From Malacoraja senta (Eukaryota), in the NCBI GenBank assembly GCA_038087875.1, contig CM075989.1:14324001-14388000 (forward strand): a stretch of 64,000 bases of DNA, in the 5' to 3' direction. The position numbers and the translations under genes were made by a program. Positions 50,101-64,000 of the stretch are shown one piece after another. The notes below the pieces were generated by a model, which saw only the letters and a list, made by a program, of their open reading frames with translations, ran no database searches and had not been told where the DNA came from. Within the stretch, counting starts at the first letter, position 1. Each line of letters opens with the position of its first letter.

Positions 50101-50585
50101 CTGGGAACTGCAGCTAAATCCACGATCGCAAACACCACGATCGGCTCCGCTGCATTGAGAGGTGGAGCAAGTGTCCAAATGCAATAGTGCAAGATATTTA
50201 ACAGTGGAGTAATGGAGGCAGCCACACTCACGACATTTGAGAATTATCTGAGCGAGCACTTAAATTGACAAGGAATAAATGTCGGGAATGTGTTCACTGG
50301 ACATAGTGGACCAAAAGGTCTGTTTCTATGTTGTTTCACATGTTGTTGCTGGTGCTATGTATTGTGCATTAGCACCATTAACCTATGATACCTGTCCATA
50401 ATTGATGTTACCCTTACTTCCCAAGTTCTCCACTACCTTACACTTATTATAAATGGGTTTCACTCCACATGAAGAATAATTACATCGATAAAAAAGTCTG
50501 TAATCGGCCTTTTTGAAATAATTACAAATTAGTGTCCTACAGAATTCCTGAAATTTTTTTAATGATTCACTTAATTTTTTACAAG

Positions 50586-50682
50586 GTGGTTTGAACCTTT
50601 TGCCATTGATTGGCTGGATGAAAATGAAGATGTTTCAATGGAATTTCTACATGGAGCCCTTGAAAGAGACAAAAAAGATGGG
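50586..50682 (+). CDS. UNC13C: UNC13C-like coding exon ([33 protein letters not shown]), GC donor
   Basis: Acceptor ttttttacaAG, 97 bp, phase 2/0. The frame requires the donor GGG|GCAAGT. Confidence 0.93.
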
Positions 50683-50838
50683 GCAAGTGTCAACATTCTG
50701 TAGATCACCTTACAATACATTTTCTGCATATTTTATTGTTTCTATATGAGCTACAAAATATCAGTTGAAATAGATTATAAAATAACTTTGATAGAAATGT
50801 ATTTAGTTTAATGTATTTTAAGAATTGAACCATAATGA

Positions 50839-51048
<210 letters not shown>

Positions 51049-51560
51049 TAAGAACTGTCAACTGATTTAAATATTTATTACTTGTTTATTTCTGTCAACC
51101 GAAAAGTGGAGTTGTTACTCTTTTCCCAGCATCAGCAGTTCCTTCCTACTCTTTTTATCCTTTGCGGCTTTCACTGTATTGTGGTGTCCAAGTGCAATAG
51201 TGCAAGATATTTAACAGTGGATTTAATACAATTAAATTACTATTAACAATGGATTTAAAACAATTAAAATACTATTGCATTTGGACTCTTTGCAACACAG
51301 TGAAATCCTCAAAGGATTAGAGTTTATTACAAATTTGAGGAAAAATCTGTCATTTATTTTCTCTAGCCAAAAAATATATCACAAGATTATATCTACACTA
51401 ATTGCAAAAGTTAGTACAAATTGCAGTCTGAATCATTATAGGAATGTTATTTTTTGTGCACTAGATTCCATGATGTATTTGATCAATAATTATCTTGGCA
51501 AAAATCTCAGTGACTCGTTGTATGAGCCAGGATGGTTAAACCTTTCCTTCTTTATTGCAG

Positions 51561-51638
51561 ACTATCAATAAAGTTCTCCTCCAATATGCTGCTATTATCG
51601 CAAAAGAATTCAGCTCACACTGTTCCAAGGAGAAGCTG
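51561..51638 (+). CDS. UNC13C: UNC13C-like coding exon (TINKVLLQYAAIIAKEFSSHCSKEKL)
   Basis: Acceptor tttattgcAG, donor GTaggt, 78 bp, phase 0/0. Confidence 0.94.
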
Positions 51639-53656
51639 GTAGGTAAACATGTCCTGTGAATCCTTTGCTGTGGTTTCAAATGTTGGTGTAGTACTCTGGC
51701 TCAATGGCAGCTTGTTCTTATTCTTTAATGTAGTGGAAACTGGACCAAATACAAGCAACATAGTGTGGGAATGTCAATTGACTCCTCTGCAGGAAGAAAG
51801 TTTTGGTCAGGCTATTTAGTAATGGACTTATTAGCAACTGCTAATGAGCTTCCTCTGATTTTTTCTGAATGCAGCTCCAAATACATTTGCTGTTGAAGGT
51901 GCTCAATACTTGTGATTAGGCTGAGAGGCAAATCATTCTGCTTCAATGGTAAATTAAGATTATATTTAATGTGTTAATTTTAATGATTCAACCATTTAAT
52001 GTTGTTTGGCATAACGCTAAATGTCATCCGTGTTTATATTAATCGGATGACTATTATTAGCACAGATGTTATCATCCTATTAAGGCTTTTATTTATAAGA
52101 AAATACAGATTGTAAATTTAATTGCTCTTAAAAACACAGAATCCTTAATAAATTAAATCTTTGAGTTCTGCGTTATTATTTGTGACAGTGTGTGCGAAGG
52201 AGGTGGTAGAATGTTTATCAGCAGGATAATTGGAAATAAGTAATAGAACTTTAAAAATATTGGTAGGGATTTTTAAATCATAACATTTTTAGTTATTCAT
52301 ATTTGGACTTATTTGCATAAAGTAAGAGTAGTGCATTATTGAAATCTTAAAGGCTCAGAGTGCTAAATTACAACATCAAGCCCACCTGGGTAGATTACAG
52401 AGATCAAATGCAATGTCAACCACATTGAGGTTACAACACGTCTAGGAAATTCTCCCCTACTCTGCAGCATTTAGTGATAGGAAGGCCTGGTTGAAGACTA
52501 TTACGTCATTTACAGTGAACAGCCTTAAGAACTTAAGAACTTTGAGAGTTAGAAACCTTAATGTGCTAGGTTGATTTCAAACATGTACGATGTGTCACAT
52601 TGTGATCTTCAACACCAGCAGCCTCTGTTCCTTACTCTCTGTTCCCTTTTGTATTCAGATTTCATCACAATTAGTATCAGAACAGATTTTTTTAAGGATC
52701 TTCAAGCAACCTCCTCGTGTAATCTGAATTAATGATGTTGGCAGAATCCCACATAACATATGGCATGTTGTTTCTGGTTTAACGTAGTTAGTTACATGTT
52801 CTAATTAGGGTATGTAGATAAAGCAACCATTATCAGGGTGATCTTCAAATGAAAATATGTCGCAATTTTCACCGGGAAACTAACATTTTTGTGTTTTTTG
52901 AGCTAAAAATATGCACAACATTTTTATTATCCTGATTCTTCCTCAAACCGAACCTAGATGATCTGAGTTGCATGTTTGCCCTGACCTCATGCTACCTTCA
53001 AGAACTTTAATTAAGATGGTATGCATTTTCCTGTTTCCAAAACTTCAAATGGTTCCTCAGGAAAGTGCAAATGAAAGCTTTTATTAAATATTACCATAAG
53101 GTCTATTAGAAGAGATTAATTTCATGTTAATAAAATGAATGTAATGATGGACTTTAAACAGAATTTTGATGGACAAAATGCTTCAAGTAAGCAAACATTA
53201 AAAACACACACAGTAGGGAAAGGTAAGAATGGTGTCAGTCTTTGGAGATGTTTGGAGAGGACATTGTAGGGAGAGGAGAAATGAAGAGCTTAAGGAGGCA
53301 GCTCTGGAGGGTAGGACCAGGAGCTGCAGATTATCTCAATGGTGAGGTAAAAATTTGAGTGGAATAGACTGAAGACCTGAGTTAGAGGATTGAAGGCTGA
53401 AAATGCTTAACATGAGATGAAATATAATTGCATTCATGTAAAATACATTTGTGACAAAGTGTAGTCCTGTGGCAGTCTGTAGTTTTGCTGGGATTCCCAC
53501 CATGGCATTGGGGAAATTGCCTCTGGGATCTTGCACCAGGTTAAACCTGGTGTGGCATCTCACACTCCAGTGGTTTCTGCAGGGACTTAGGGTAGAATGT
53601 TCGAAGGCAAAGAAAAAGGAATTGTATGTATTCATTGTTAAATAAATGATTTTTAA

Positions 53657-54075
53657 AGGTTGGTGCAGAGGGACAATGGGTAGAGCTGCTGTCTGTGTGG
53701 AGTTTGCATATTTTCGCTGTGACCATGTGAGTTTCCTCTGGGTCTGGTTTCCTTGCGTACCGCAAAACCAAACAATAGGTTAGATTGGTAGGTGGTGGAA
53801 TCTGTTGATAGGGGGACCGATCGGAATGTGGGGAGTATAACATCAGTGTTAAAAAACTGCAGATGCTGGAAATCAAAAACCGAAAATGCTGGAAATACCC
53901 ACCAGTTTAGGCAGCATCTGTGGGAAGGGAAATAAGGGTGAACATTTCAGGTCGATGGCACTTTGTCAGGAGAGAATAAATTGGGTTAGGGTAGGATTAG
54001 TATCAACAAGGGTGCTTGATGGTTGGTGTAGACTCAGTTGCCCAATAACGTGCCCTATGCTGTGTCTCTCTGACC
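53657..54075 (+). mobile_element. Decayed V-SINE with a nested Penelope-derived repeat
   Basis: V-domain-like core tgtggagtttgcatattt, with the insert at about 53855-53970. Confidence 0.65.
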
Positions 54076-54279
54076 CTATAATTTAAATGTCAGAGGCATT
54101 TGAAGACAACTAAAAACTACTTTCATCTTTTACAGCAGGTGAAACTACAGCCAGGGTTTGTAAGCTGTCAAAGACCATTGAGATACTCTAGGGTTCAGAA
54201 CCACTCAATGCACATCTTATGTTCTCACCCTTCACTATGATGTTACTGGGACTTGCGCCTTGAGCTATATGGAGTTCCC

Positions 54280-54985
54280 TGAAAGTGGTGTGATGAAGAA
54301 GGCATATGGCATATTTTCCAACATGGGACAGGGCATAGGATATAAATTTGGTCACTCTTGGACACAGTGTGATGTCCTAGCTGTAACACTAGAGGAAGAA
54401 TGTGGAGAGGGGAGTCTGAAGAAGGGTCCCAACCCAAAACATCACCTATCCATGTTCTCCAGCGATACTGCCTGGCCCGCTGAGTTACTCCAGCACTTGT
54501 GTCTTTTTGTGTATTATCCAGCATCTGCAGTTGCTTGTTCTACATTTTCACCAGGATGTTGTTTGGTTTGGAGAATTTAGTCATGAGGATAGATTGGGTA
54601 GAGTGGGCTTGTTTTCCCTGGAGGAAAGAGGTGGAGGGGTGACCTGGTAGAGGTGTATGAAATTATGAGAAATATAGATAGCCGTAATCTTTTCCATAGG
54701 GTGGGGAAGGTCTAAAACAAGAGGCCATAGGTTCAAAGTGAGAAGAAGGAGGTTTACAGGGGATTAGAGGAGCAATATTTTCACATCAAGAGTGGTTGAT
54801 ATCTGGAACTTGCTTTCAACGATAGTGGTAAAGTCAGGTACGATTACAACAAGAAGCATCCAGACAGCATTTGAAAGCATATAATGATACATACCTAATG
54901 AAGGGAAATGGGATTAGTATATAATGATACAGTGATCAGCATGGGCATGGTGGACCAAAGGGACTGTTTCTATGCTCTATGACTG
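54280..54985 (+). mobile_element. Decayed CR1 3' part with a nested short repeat
   Basis: CR1 ORF2-end and 3' UTR similarity, ending in tctatgact. Confidence 0.75.
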
Positions 54986-54990
54986 TTCAT

Positions 54991-54992
<2 letters not shown>

Positions 54993-55031
<39 letters not shown>

Positions 55032-55391
55032 GGTGAACTGGGGCTGGGGACTGGACATTGTGCCTTCCCCCACAGTGGAAATCATTGTGGGGGGATGATT
55101 TTTGTATGTAATTGTTTGTAATTGTATTTGTTAGTCTGTGTTCAAGATGGCGGTCGGAGGGGAGAGTGGATGCTGGCGTTAAATTGCCGCTGCTCTCTCC
55201 TCAAATTGTGCTTCTGATTTTCTTTTTTTGTGTTTTTGGAAGGAATTCTGTCCCTGATTTATGAATTGGTCTTTATAACCTATTTTTTTTTAAATTCTGA
55301 TTATATGTTTTCTATAAATCTCTGTATGGTGTCCTTGAGACCTCGGTATAAGGCGCCCGTAAATAAAATCCATTATTATTATTATTATTAT
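54993..55391 (+). mobile_element. Short retroposon with an L2-like 3' end and (TTA)n tail, preceded by a poly(T) run
   Basis: Ends gtgtccttgag...aaggcgcccgtaaataaaatcc(att)n; about 38 T at the 5' side. Confidence 0.7.
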
Positions 55392-55769
55392 CATATCCTA
55401 GTCTACATATTGATTGTCAATAAGGAATGGAAAACCCCCTGCAAAATCTGACACTGTCATCAGGCTCTGATTTTTAGTGAATAATAAAGAGCACTGGAAT
55501 TCTAACTGAAGGTGTTCATGAAGAATAATCAACCTCGTACTGTGTTGGCATTGTCACGATTCAGATCTGAGGCCAGTGGCATGAACTATTTCTCTCACCA
55601 CAGAGCAGGCTTGACCTGCTGAGCTCTCCAGCATTTTCTGTGGGGGGTTTCCAGATAACTTGGCACAGACTAAAAGTCGGCATGATTCAGTTTCACGCAT
55701 TCACCCATTGATTTTTTTTTTTTGATTAGCATTTCCCTATCTTGAAAACTTTGCTTGTAAATTTTACTG

Positions 55770-56057
55770 GTACAGCTGCTGCCTCATAGCGCCAGGGACT
55801 GAGATTCGATCCTGACCTCGGGTGTTGTATGTGCGGAGTCTGCAAGTTATCCCTGTGACTGTGTAGGTTTCCTCTGGGTGTTTCCTCCCACATCCCAAAG
55901 ACATGTGGGTTTGTAGGCTAACTGGATGGTGTAAATTACCCTTAAAGTGTAGGCAATGGATGATTAAGTGGGATAACTGGTGATCGATGGTCAGCGGGGA
56001 CTTGGTGGGCCAATGAGCCTATTTCCATGCTGTATCTCCAAAACAAAATAAAATTAA
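55770..56057 (+). mobile_element. HE1/V-SINE-like SINE
   Basis: B-box gattcgatcc, V-domain-like core, CR1-like tail. Confidence 0.82.
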
Positions 56058-56350
56058 GTTTTCTGTTAATGTTAACTTTTTCCAAATCAGGCGCTCATCT
56101 GGATTTCAATGCTCAACAGGCACCATTTAATACTCGTATCAGACTGCCACTGGTCGTGGAAACTGGTTAAACTGTTGGTTCCAGTCCTGTATTGGATATT
56201 TCCTTCAGTTATATAATTAAATGGAAACAGCAGGCTAATTGTATGGCATTTTCATCTCTCATGCATAATTTGTCTCAATCATTTCTGTGTGGTCTTTGGG
56301 TTAACACTGTTAGGCACTTCTAAATGATTTATTGATCAAACTTCTTGCAG

Positions 56351-56428
56351 CCTTGCATCCTGATGAACAACATCCAACAACTGAGGGTCCAGCTGGAGAA
56401 AATGTTTGAGTCGATGGGTGGTAAAGAG
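56351..56428 (+). CDS. UNC13C: UNC13C-like coding exon ([26 protein letters not shown])
   Basis: Acceptor cttcttgcAG, donor GTgagt, 78 bp. The gene continues beyond this exon; the next exon was not found in the window. Confidence 0.95.
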
Positions 56429-59400
56429 GTGAGTGCCTGTGAAAACTCAGGGGCAAGCATGTTAAAATGTGGACAATTGCAGCTAAAGATTTTCCAGCGT
56501 TTAATGTTGTGCATTCGTTTATTTCTTTATTACAACTATAAATGTTTCTTTACAATTGTGGTATACCCTTTAAGGTCAACACCTTGCTCCATTTGTCCTA
56601 TGCAGATTATTGCTAAAGCACTACTTATGAATAGCAGAGGTAGTCCTTATAATTAGCTATGTTTGTTATAGTGAAAATAAACTTCTGTAAATGTATTCTG
56701 TAAGGCACAGCTAGATAGTTGCATGTTTTGTGCACTCTGTAATTTGTCTTGCCTTTGTCCAATATTTTTATTCTGCATTCAACTGTGCTGCAGGAGGAAA
56801 GGGAAAATGCCATCTGTAAGGTCTGTGTGCACAGGAATTGTCTAATTAATGGATAAAGCAAGACTTACCAAAAGCAAGATTTGTCTTGAACTTATTTAAT
56901 GAGTCAATGCCAATGTGTTTTAGACAGACATGTTTTGCAATGAGGTTGACTGCCTGCGGAAAGTAGTGACTGACATGTGTTTAAGCTATAATGATACAGT
57001 TTAAAGGTATTCATTATAATTATGGCTCCCAATTACATTGACAATTTGCAACCAATACTTGAGATCCAATGCTTAACAAGCCACTGGGACTGAAAATCAT
57101 TCTATTCTGATGGGCTCCTCATACTGGGGATTATTTGCTTAGATTTCACTGTAATAAGAATGCAACTGCAGAAAAATTGTGTATCTTTCACGAACGAAGG
57201 CTATTTTATTATTTATATTCAATAGGAAAATAGGAATTGCAAATTAGAGGACACGGTGTATTCAAATCTATTTTTGAACTCCTCCACATTTTATCAGTTA
57301 AGCGAAACAGTCAAATGCCTATCTTGGTTTGCTTCTATATAATGTGACAAACTATGATTCGATTAGTGTCTTACCAATTTTTTATTTAAAAATGCAAAGA
57401 GAAAATATCATGAGAAATTCCCATCCTAATTTTCAGTTTACAGCTTTTAATCAGGTGATATTAGAAACACTGAGTCTAATATCATAGGATATTATTACAG
57501 GAGAAGCTGACCTCAAATATTGGCCTTTAGGGTGCCAAATATCATTTTGTACTTAGAACATGACTATTGTCATCTGTTTCAATAACATGGAGTTTCGATA
57601 CTTTCAAAATCTCTTCACAACTGGGCTTATTAGAGATAATCTATTCATAGTTTAGCGGTGTGGTCATTGTCCATGTTAAACATTTCAATTAATTCAGGGA
57701 GTTTGCAAGCACGAATTTATCAGCCTTGTGAATCTATTGGGGAAAAATCCCACAGGATACATTTTCCATTGATATCATCCGAATAATTCAGTGTTGGCAA
57801 AAGGAACCTGATAGAATAGGAACTCAGTGACATACAAGTTGGGGATTGAGAATGGATGGTTTTTCTGTGGATTTGTCTTGGTGTTGGTATTTTAAAAGTG
57901 CAGTTTTGTTTAGCTTTTTGAATGTTACATTGAGCTTTCAAGTATATCCTATTTGTACCATCCCTGCAATCTTAACATTACTTTTACATATGTAAATCTT
58001 ATTTTAGTTTAGAAAATGTCTTTGCATATCTGAAGATTCACCCTGGTCTATCTTTCTATAGTTCTGATCTTCTACATATCCCATCCTCTTTGTCAGTGTG
58101 TTGCATTGTGGGTTTTTCTAACTTGATCATCAAAGCCGAGTTTCACTTTCACTCATTGACTCATGTAGACATTAAAGACTACCTAGGTGGTAGGAAGTCT
58201 TTAACTGAACTGTTCGTATGGTACAAGCAGTATTATTCGCTGTAATAATGTAACACAGTCACTTAAACTAGTGCCAACCCACCAATCCTAAGATGAACAT
58301 CTCTCCACTCTCAGACTCGAAATATCAATATTTCCTTTCCTCCCCATGGATACTACTCTGCCCATTGTGTTCCTTTAGTGATTTGTTTGCTCCACCAAAC
58401 CTACAGTTGTAATTTCCATCACAGCTGACAGATTTATGCCACTAAAATAGACATCTTATTTTAGAAGAATATAATTTAGCCCATCAAACCTGTGAAATGT
58501 GAAAGCTTGAGTTGGTATTCTCTACTCATTTATGGGCCTTTATATGCTCTTTAATGTTCTTTATTCTCAGTACTAGAACATAGAAAAAGTTGCTAATGTA
58601 TAATTCCTTCAATACAATAAAAGATCCAAAATCTTTCAAGTGGTAGATTGAATCGAAACAAAGGAACCAAGGAGCTACGGTTTGGACAGTAGGACAGATG
58701 GATGTACCTTATCATAGAAAGGGTAGGTTTGAAAAGGATTTTCAAAGCACAGCATGAGAGTGTACGGAAGTGAATTCTGCAGGGGAAGGTACAGAGACTG
58801 AAGGATCTGAAAGAGGGAGCAAAGGGAATGGAAGTGATGCACAAGGTCAGAATCAGATCAGAGCGTGCACCAGGGAATTACAGTGAGGACTACAACAGGA
58901 AAAGTAATTGAAGGAGTTTGAAGGATGGACCAAGAATTTCAAGCTCACAGGCTGGGCGGGCAGGAGAGTTTGGTAGGCAGGATACTGGAAGATCTGTGGG
59001 AATCTGAGTTTAGTGTAACCTGATGTAGAGTGAGAGGAACTTGAGCAAGGCGAGGAATGCCAGCATTGAAAAATTATAGCCTGTGGAAACACTACCTTAC
59101 CAACAATGAACAACATTTAAAAGTGGGGATGGGTATTGTAAATGCTATGGAAATTATGTAAGCTACTTTAATGAAGTGGGTAACAGAAATTCAACATTCG
59201 TCTCATGAGGTGTGAGTGAGTAGGGGGCAAGTTCACGGGGAAGCAACATTAATGCTGGCCACGGGCATCTATTGTGACCTATCTACATCTTGGTAAGGAC
59301 TGTGATGCCACTGGAATCGAGAATTGGTGGGAAATATGGTTTATCATATCAGCATGTTTATGGAGCCTGGTTCTGCTTTTACCTCCCTTCTTTAACTTAA

Positions 59401-59649
59401 ATGCTTCTTCAGTTTATTTCTCTCTAACACTGGTCAATGTATTTCCTTTACAAATCTACTTTTTGCTGGATTTAAAACAAAATCCTGCTGCTGATCTATG
59501 ACATTAACTCCCATTTAATTTAATTTTTTTATTTAGATTCAATCTGGTTCGTAATTGGATAATTTTTAATTCAACAGATGCTCTCAACAGTGGCGAACTA
59601 ACTGGACCGTTATCATTAATTTGCTACTGTTTTCATACTTGGGGCCATT

Positions 59650-61045
59650 GGATCATACTTCATAGAAACAGACCATTCAATCTGAGTCAGCCATACTGAC
59701 CAATGAGCAGGCATCTGTATTAATCCCATCTGCCAGCATTTGGTCCATAGCTCTCTATGCCTTAGCGACTCGTGATCATCTGGACATTTCTTAAAGAAGT
59801 GACTTTGCTTCCACCACCCTCTCTGGCAGAGCATTCCAGGTGCTCACCATTCGTTGGGTGAAGAAGTTTCACTTCATGTTTCCACTAAATCTCTTACCCT
59901 GTACCCTAAATCTATATCTTCCAGGTTTGTATATCTTTGATAAGCAGGAACGTTTTCTGCAGTTTACCCTGTCAACGTCCTTCGTAATTTTACATACCTC
60001 AATCATGTCCCCTCTTAATCTCCTCTGCTCAGGGGAAAAAATAGTCCTAGCCTCTCCAATCTCTCCTCATAACTGAACTGTTCCATCTCAAGAAACATCT
60101 TGGTGAATCATCTCTACACCATCTCTGGTGCTGAAAACACATGTCCTGAAGCATGGTAACCAGACCTGTACTACAGCTGAGGTCTGACCAATGTTTTATT
60201 ATGTTGAAGCACAATCTCCTGACTTCTGCATTCAGTGCCCTATTTAATGAAGACCAGTGTGCCATGTGCCTTTCTAACCATGATGTCTATGTGTGTTCCC
60301 ACTTTCATGGATCTATGGACATGTTACTCCAGGATCTCTCGTATTCAATACTCCCTAGGACCGTACCATTCATGATGAATGTCTTGGCTTAATCAATGCT
60401 GCCAAACTGCACCACCTCTCAAATGTTTGAATTAAATTTCATCTGCCATTTTTTAAACAATGTCACCAACAAATCAATATCTCCCTGCAGCATAAGATGG
60501 CCTTTTCCCACTGTCAACAACTCTGCCAATCCCATGTCATTTGCAAACTTAAGGGCCTGTCCCACTTGGGCGTCATTTGCACATCACGCAGATGGTGCGC
60601 AAAAATGTTGTACATCCCCAAATCCTGTGCCGCCGCGCGTCACTGCCTATGTCACCACACACCATGCACGCGTAATGCGCACCATGCGCGCAGCACGTGC
60701 GTGTCATGACGCGTGCGTGATGCATAAATGATGTAGCGTAAATGAAGCGCAAATGACGTCCAATTGGGACAGGCCCTTTACTGATCCTGCCTCCTATATC
60801 CCATCTAGATCATTTATGTATATTATAAGCAACTGGTGTCCCATCACTGGTCCTTGTGGGACACCACTAGTCACGGGCATCAATGACAATCCTCTACCAT
60901 CACCCTGTCTCCTATTGCTATGCCAATTTTAGATGGAGTTTTGTACTTCTCCAGGCTCCCATGGGGCCTAACCTTTTGAATCAGTCAAAGGTTTTTAGTA
61001 AAATCAATGTTCATCAAATCCACTGCCATGTCCTCATCAATACGC
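59650..61045 (-). mobile_element. Decayed CR1 3' half interrupted by a Harbinger MITE
   Basis: Minus-strand RT remnants ([19 protein letters not shown]) and 3' UTR. Confidence 0.8.
60552..60777. mobile_element. 226-bp PIF/Harbinger MITE
   Basis: TIRs AGGGCCTGTCCCA.TTGG.CGTCATTTGC, TTA TSD at 60549-60551 and 60778-60780. Confidence 0.9.
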
Positions 61046-62719
61046 TTTGTTACCTGGCTGTTCTTCCTGCATTTATTCTCAGCATTAGGTTTGGTAAATA
61101 TATCATCCAATTTATAACATGGTTCAGTATTTTTATCATAAAAGATTCAGCCAATTATTTAATAATGCACCATGCTACACAAACGTGCTGTTTCAGTCCA
61201 TCTCAGCAACTGCTTCCAACAAGTAATGTTGTTTAGCTGAATTAGGGAATGGTTGGCTCCAGAGAATCACACTGCAGTTAATTGAAACTGTCTAGGCACT
61301 ATTTTGTAGCACTGATGGATACCAAGGAGATAGTTGTCAGAAACTGCATTTCTTTTTAATGAAAGCTGCTCTCTAATTTTAATTAGCTTCTGCCATGTAA
61401 TTCATTTCTAATACCCAAAAGGGGATATCAACTGAGGCTTGTAGAAGTAAAAGAATGGCATGTAGTTACAAGCTGACCAATGCATCATAAGTGTAATTAC
61501 TGATGTGAAGTCATCAAAATCAATATTCATCAGAGTTGCAGTAAACTGATGGGACTTGAGGACTTCAAGCTTCCCTCAAACAAAGCCCTCTGCTCAGTCA
61601 GAATATCATCCAAGTGTTCTTCATTTGAGCTCTAAAACCGTTGGTGAATATTGGTGAAACAATTGCTTTTTAGACAATAATAACATATATATTCAGAATG
61701 AACTGTTTGCAATCTTTAAATTATGTAAAGATATTAAGCGCAATTGGCCATTCTTTGTAGTAATTGATTACTATTTTTGTCCCACTTTAATGGCGAGGTT
61801 ACTATTTTTTATGCAGCACAAATAGCTTGGTCTGGTGCTATTGTCAATATTGGATGAACCAACCGGTTAGCTAAAATGAAAACAGTCAATGCTGGAAACA
61901 CTTAGCAGCCAGACAGTATCTTGGAAAGAAACCAGTCAGCGTTCCCAGTCCGAGACCCTATATCGGATCTGGGAAAAATGGAAAGCAAGTTTATTTTTAA
62001 TAGCAGAAAAGATGTGGAGGGATAGGTAGAACAAAAGGAATACCTTCTATAGGATGAGATCAAATTGGGTTAATGTGGCACTTAGCGACATTGTGCTTCT
62101 CTGTCTATTATCTGATGCTAACAGCAGGATTTACAACACCTGTCCTTTCACTTGTTCACTTCCCACTGTGTAGGAACCAAATAGTCTTTCCAGGTGAAGT
62201 TTATTTCCAGTTTATTTTTATTTCCAGTTCTTCCAATCTAGTGTCTACATTCAGTGTTAACGATGGAGAAAGCAAATGTGGACTGGATGATTGCTTTGTG
62301 GAGCATCTGCATTCCAAAAATCCTCTGTCTTCAGCTTCCAGTTACGTTCTGTTTTAGTACTCTATCCTACTCCACCTCTAACCTTTCTGTCTGTAGCCTC
62401 CTGCACTGTAACAACAGCGCTCCACACAAGGTCAAGGCACAACAACTCACCCACCATCTGGGCTGTCGCAGTCTCCTGGAATATATATCAAATTCTAAAA
62501 ATGTTGGATAACTCACTCTTTCTGTCTGTATCAGAATTGGCTGTTTCTGCTAGTCATCCATATGTGATTTTGGCTCAGTTGTTTTCTCTCCATCAGTGCA
62601 GTTTGGCCGGCTGGGCATGTCCCACAGCCCTGCTCTCACCAAAACATTGCACAGACAAAGATGTAGAATGTGTTTCAAAGGTGGATTATCTTGAGTATAT
62701 CCTAAGATGCATGGAAAGC

Positions 62720-63155
62720 AAGCGAGGAGACTGCTGGGGCATTGGTAGAGTTTATTGATTTTCCTTCGCCACAGGTGAGCTACAGGAAGACTGGAGAGTG
62801 CCTGATGATATAAAACTACTGAAGAAGGGCAACAAGAGCAAGGCAGAGAACTTAAGGCCTAATCAGCCTAAATCAGTGGTGGAATGGTTAGTGGAGGGGA
62901 TTCTGAGAAACAGGATCTATCATCATTTGGAAAGACAAGGACCGATGATGTCTTTGTTCATGGGAAATTGTGTCATATTAATGTGATTGAGTTTTTTGGA
63001 GAGGTGACCAAGAGGATTGATGAGGGAAGGGTGGTAGACGATGTTGCATGGACTCTAACAAGTCCTTTGACATAGTCCCGCATGGTGACTGGGCCAGAGG
63101 TTTGATCACATGAGACCCAGGTTGAGATAGTCAATTGGAAACTCTATTGGCTTGG
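62720..63155 (+). mobile_element. Decayed CR1 RT fragment
   Basis: EDWRV..., KKGNK...N.RP, N.IEFF.EVTKRIDEGRVVD. Confidence 0.8.
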
Positions 63156-64000
63156 GGGAGGGGGATTTCCTGAGTGTTTCCAGCAATTTTTGTTTTTATT
63201 TCAGATTTCCTGCACCAGCACTTTTTTTCTATTTCCACTATTTAGTTGGTTTCCATTCAGATGGACCCTCCATCAGAATGAGAAATCCCAATGCAGCTGG
63301 TTGATTTTTTTACATTTAACACCAAATGCATCTAACACTGCAATTTCCATCCTCTGTGTTCATCTAATGATGTCAGTGGGTGTGATTGGTTTTTGTTGAT
63401 GACATGCGGTCTGGTATTCTGACTTTTTTACCTGTCGGCCCAATTTGCCACAACTCTGTCTGTTTGACATTGTCCCTTCAAGATTCTCCTGCCCTCTCTG
63501 TTATTGGCCTTATCTCTTGCACTGAAGGCACATGAGTTGATCATTTGATAGTTGTATTCAGTTTCTCGATGTTTGGACCTGCTGAAGTCAATGTAATTAG
63601 ATAGTTGGGGATGAGTAGAATCTGTGAGCATCACTTTTGCACAAGTTAAACACTAATGACCAAAGTCAAATTATTGCAACTTGCATTATATCCTGAAAAT
63701 CACTTAGTTTCTACATTCTAACACCATGAAGCATTTTGGAATTCATTAGTGCTTTAGACAATGGATGTCTCTGGCTTTCAGCATGTTACATTATACAACT
63801 GTGAAATCCCAACACTCCTCCTCCCTGCCTCAAATTATTCTTCCTTCAGAGGAATGTCATTAATAATCCTATGTTTTATCTATAATTTATGATGTACCAT
63901 GATGCATAGTGCACAAATTAATTTAAGAAAGGTCCTGTAGAAGACTGATGGCAAACAATAGATGGAATGGGAATATAATATCTATTTTTGAAACTGAATA

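Noticed and set aside
56429..64000. Search for the next UNC13C exon (expected to begin roughly LD.EA...LKELQ)
   Set aside because: No matching peptide with splice sites was found by eye; it is probably beyond the window.

Overview
Eukaryotic, vertebrate intron-rich DNA. The repeat types (HE1-like SINEs, HER1/CR1-like LINEs, Penelope-derived repeats) suggest a cartilaginous fish such as a skate or ray; that is an inference. The window holds nine consecutive internal coding exons, on the + strand, of an UNC13/Munc13 gene, most similar to UNC13C (MUN-domain region, DNFPAS...MGGKE). All nine join in frame, one through a non-canonical GC-AG intron. The ORF track misses most of these exons. Nearly all long ORFs are transposon-derived: a young CR1 LINE with esterase ORF1 and intact APE-RT ORF2, several PIF/Harbinger elements and MITEs, an L1 3' fragment with a 15-bp TSD, a Penelope element with a hammerhead-like core, a CGGBP1-like hAT element carrying a Rex1 fragment, an integrase-only Gypsy LTR element, a Helitron-like end, and many SINE/LINE remnants. 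I see no clearly new host biological system. The most interesting signals are unusual transposon architectures and junction scars.
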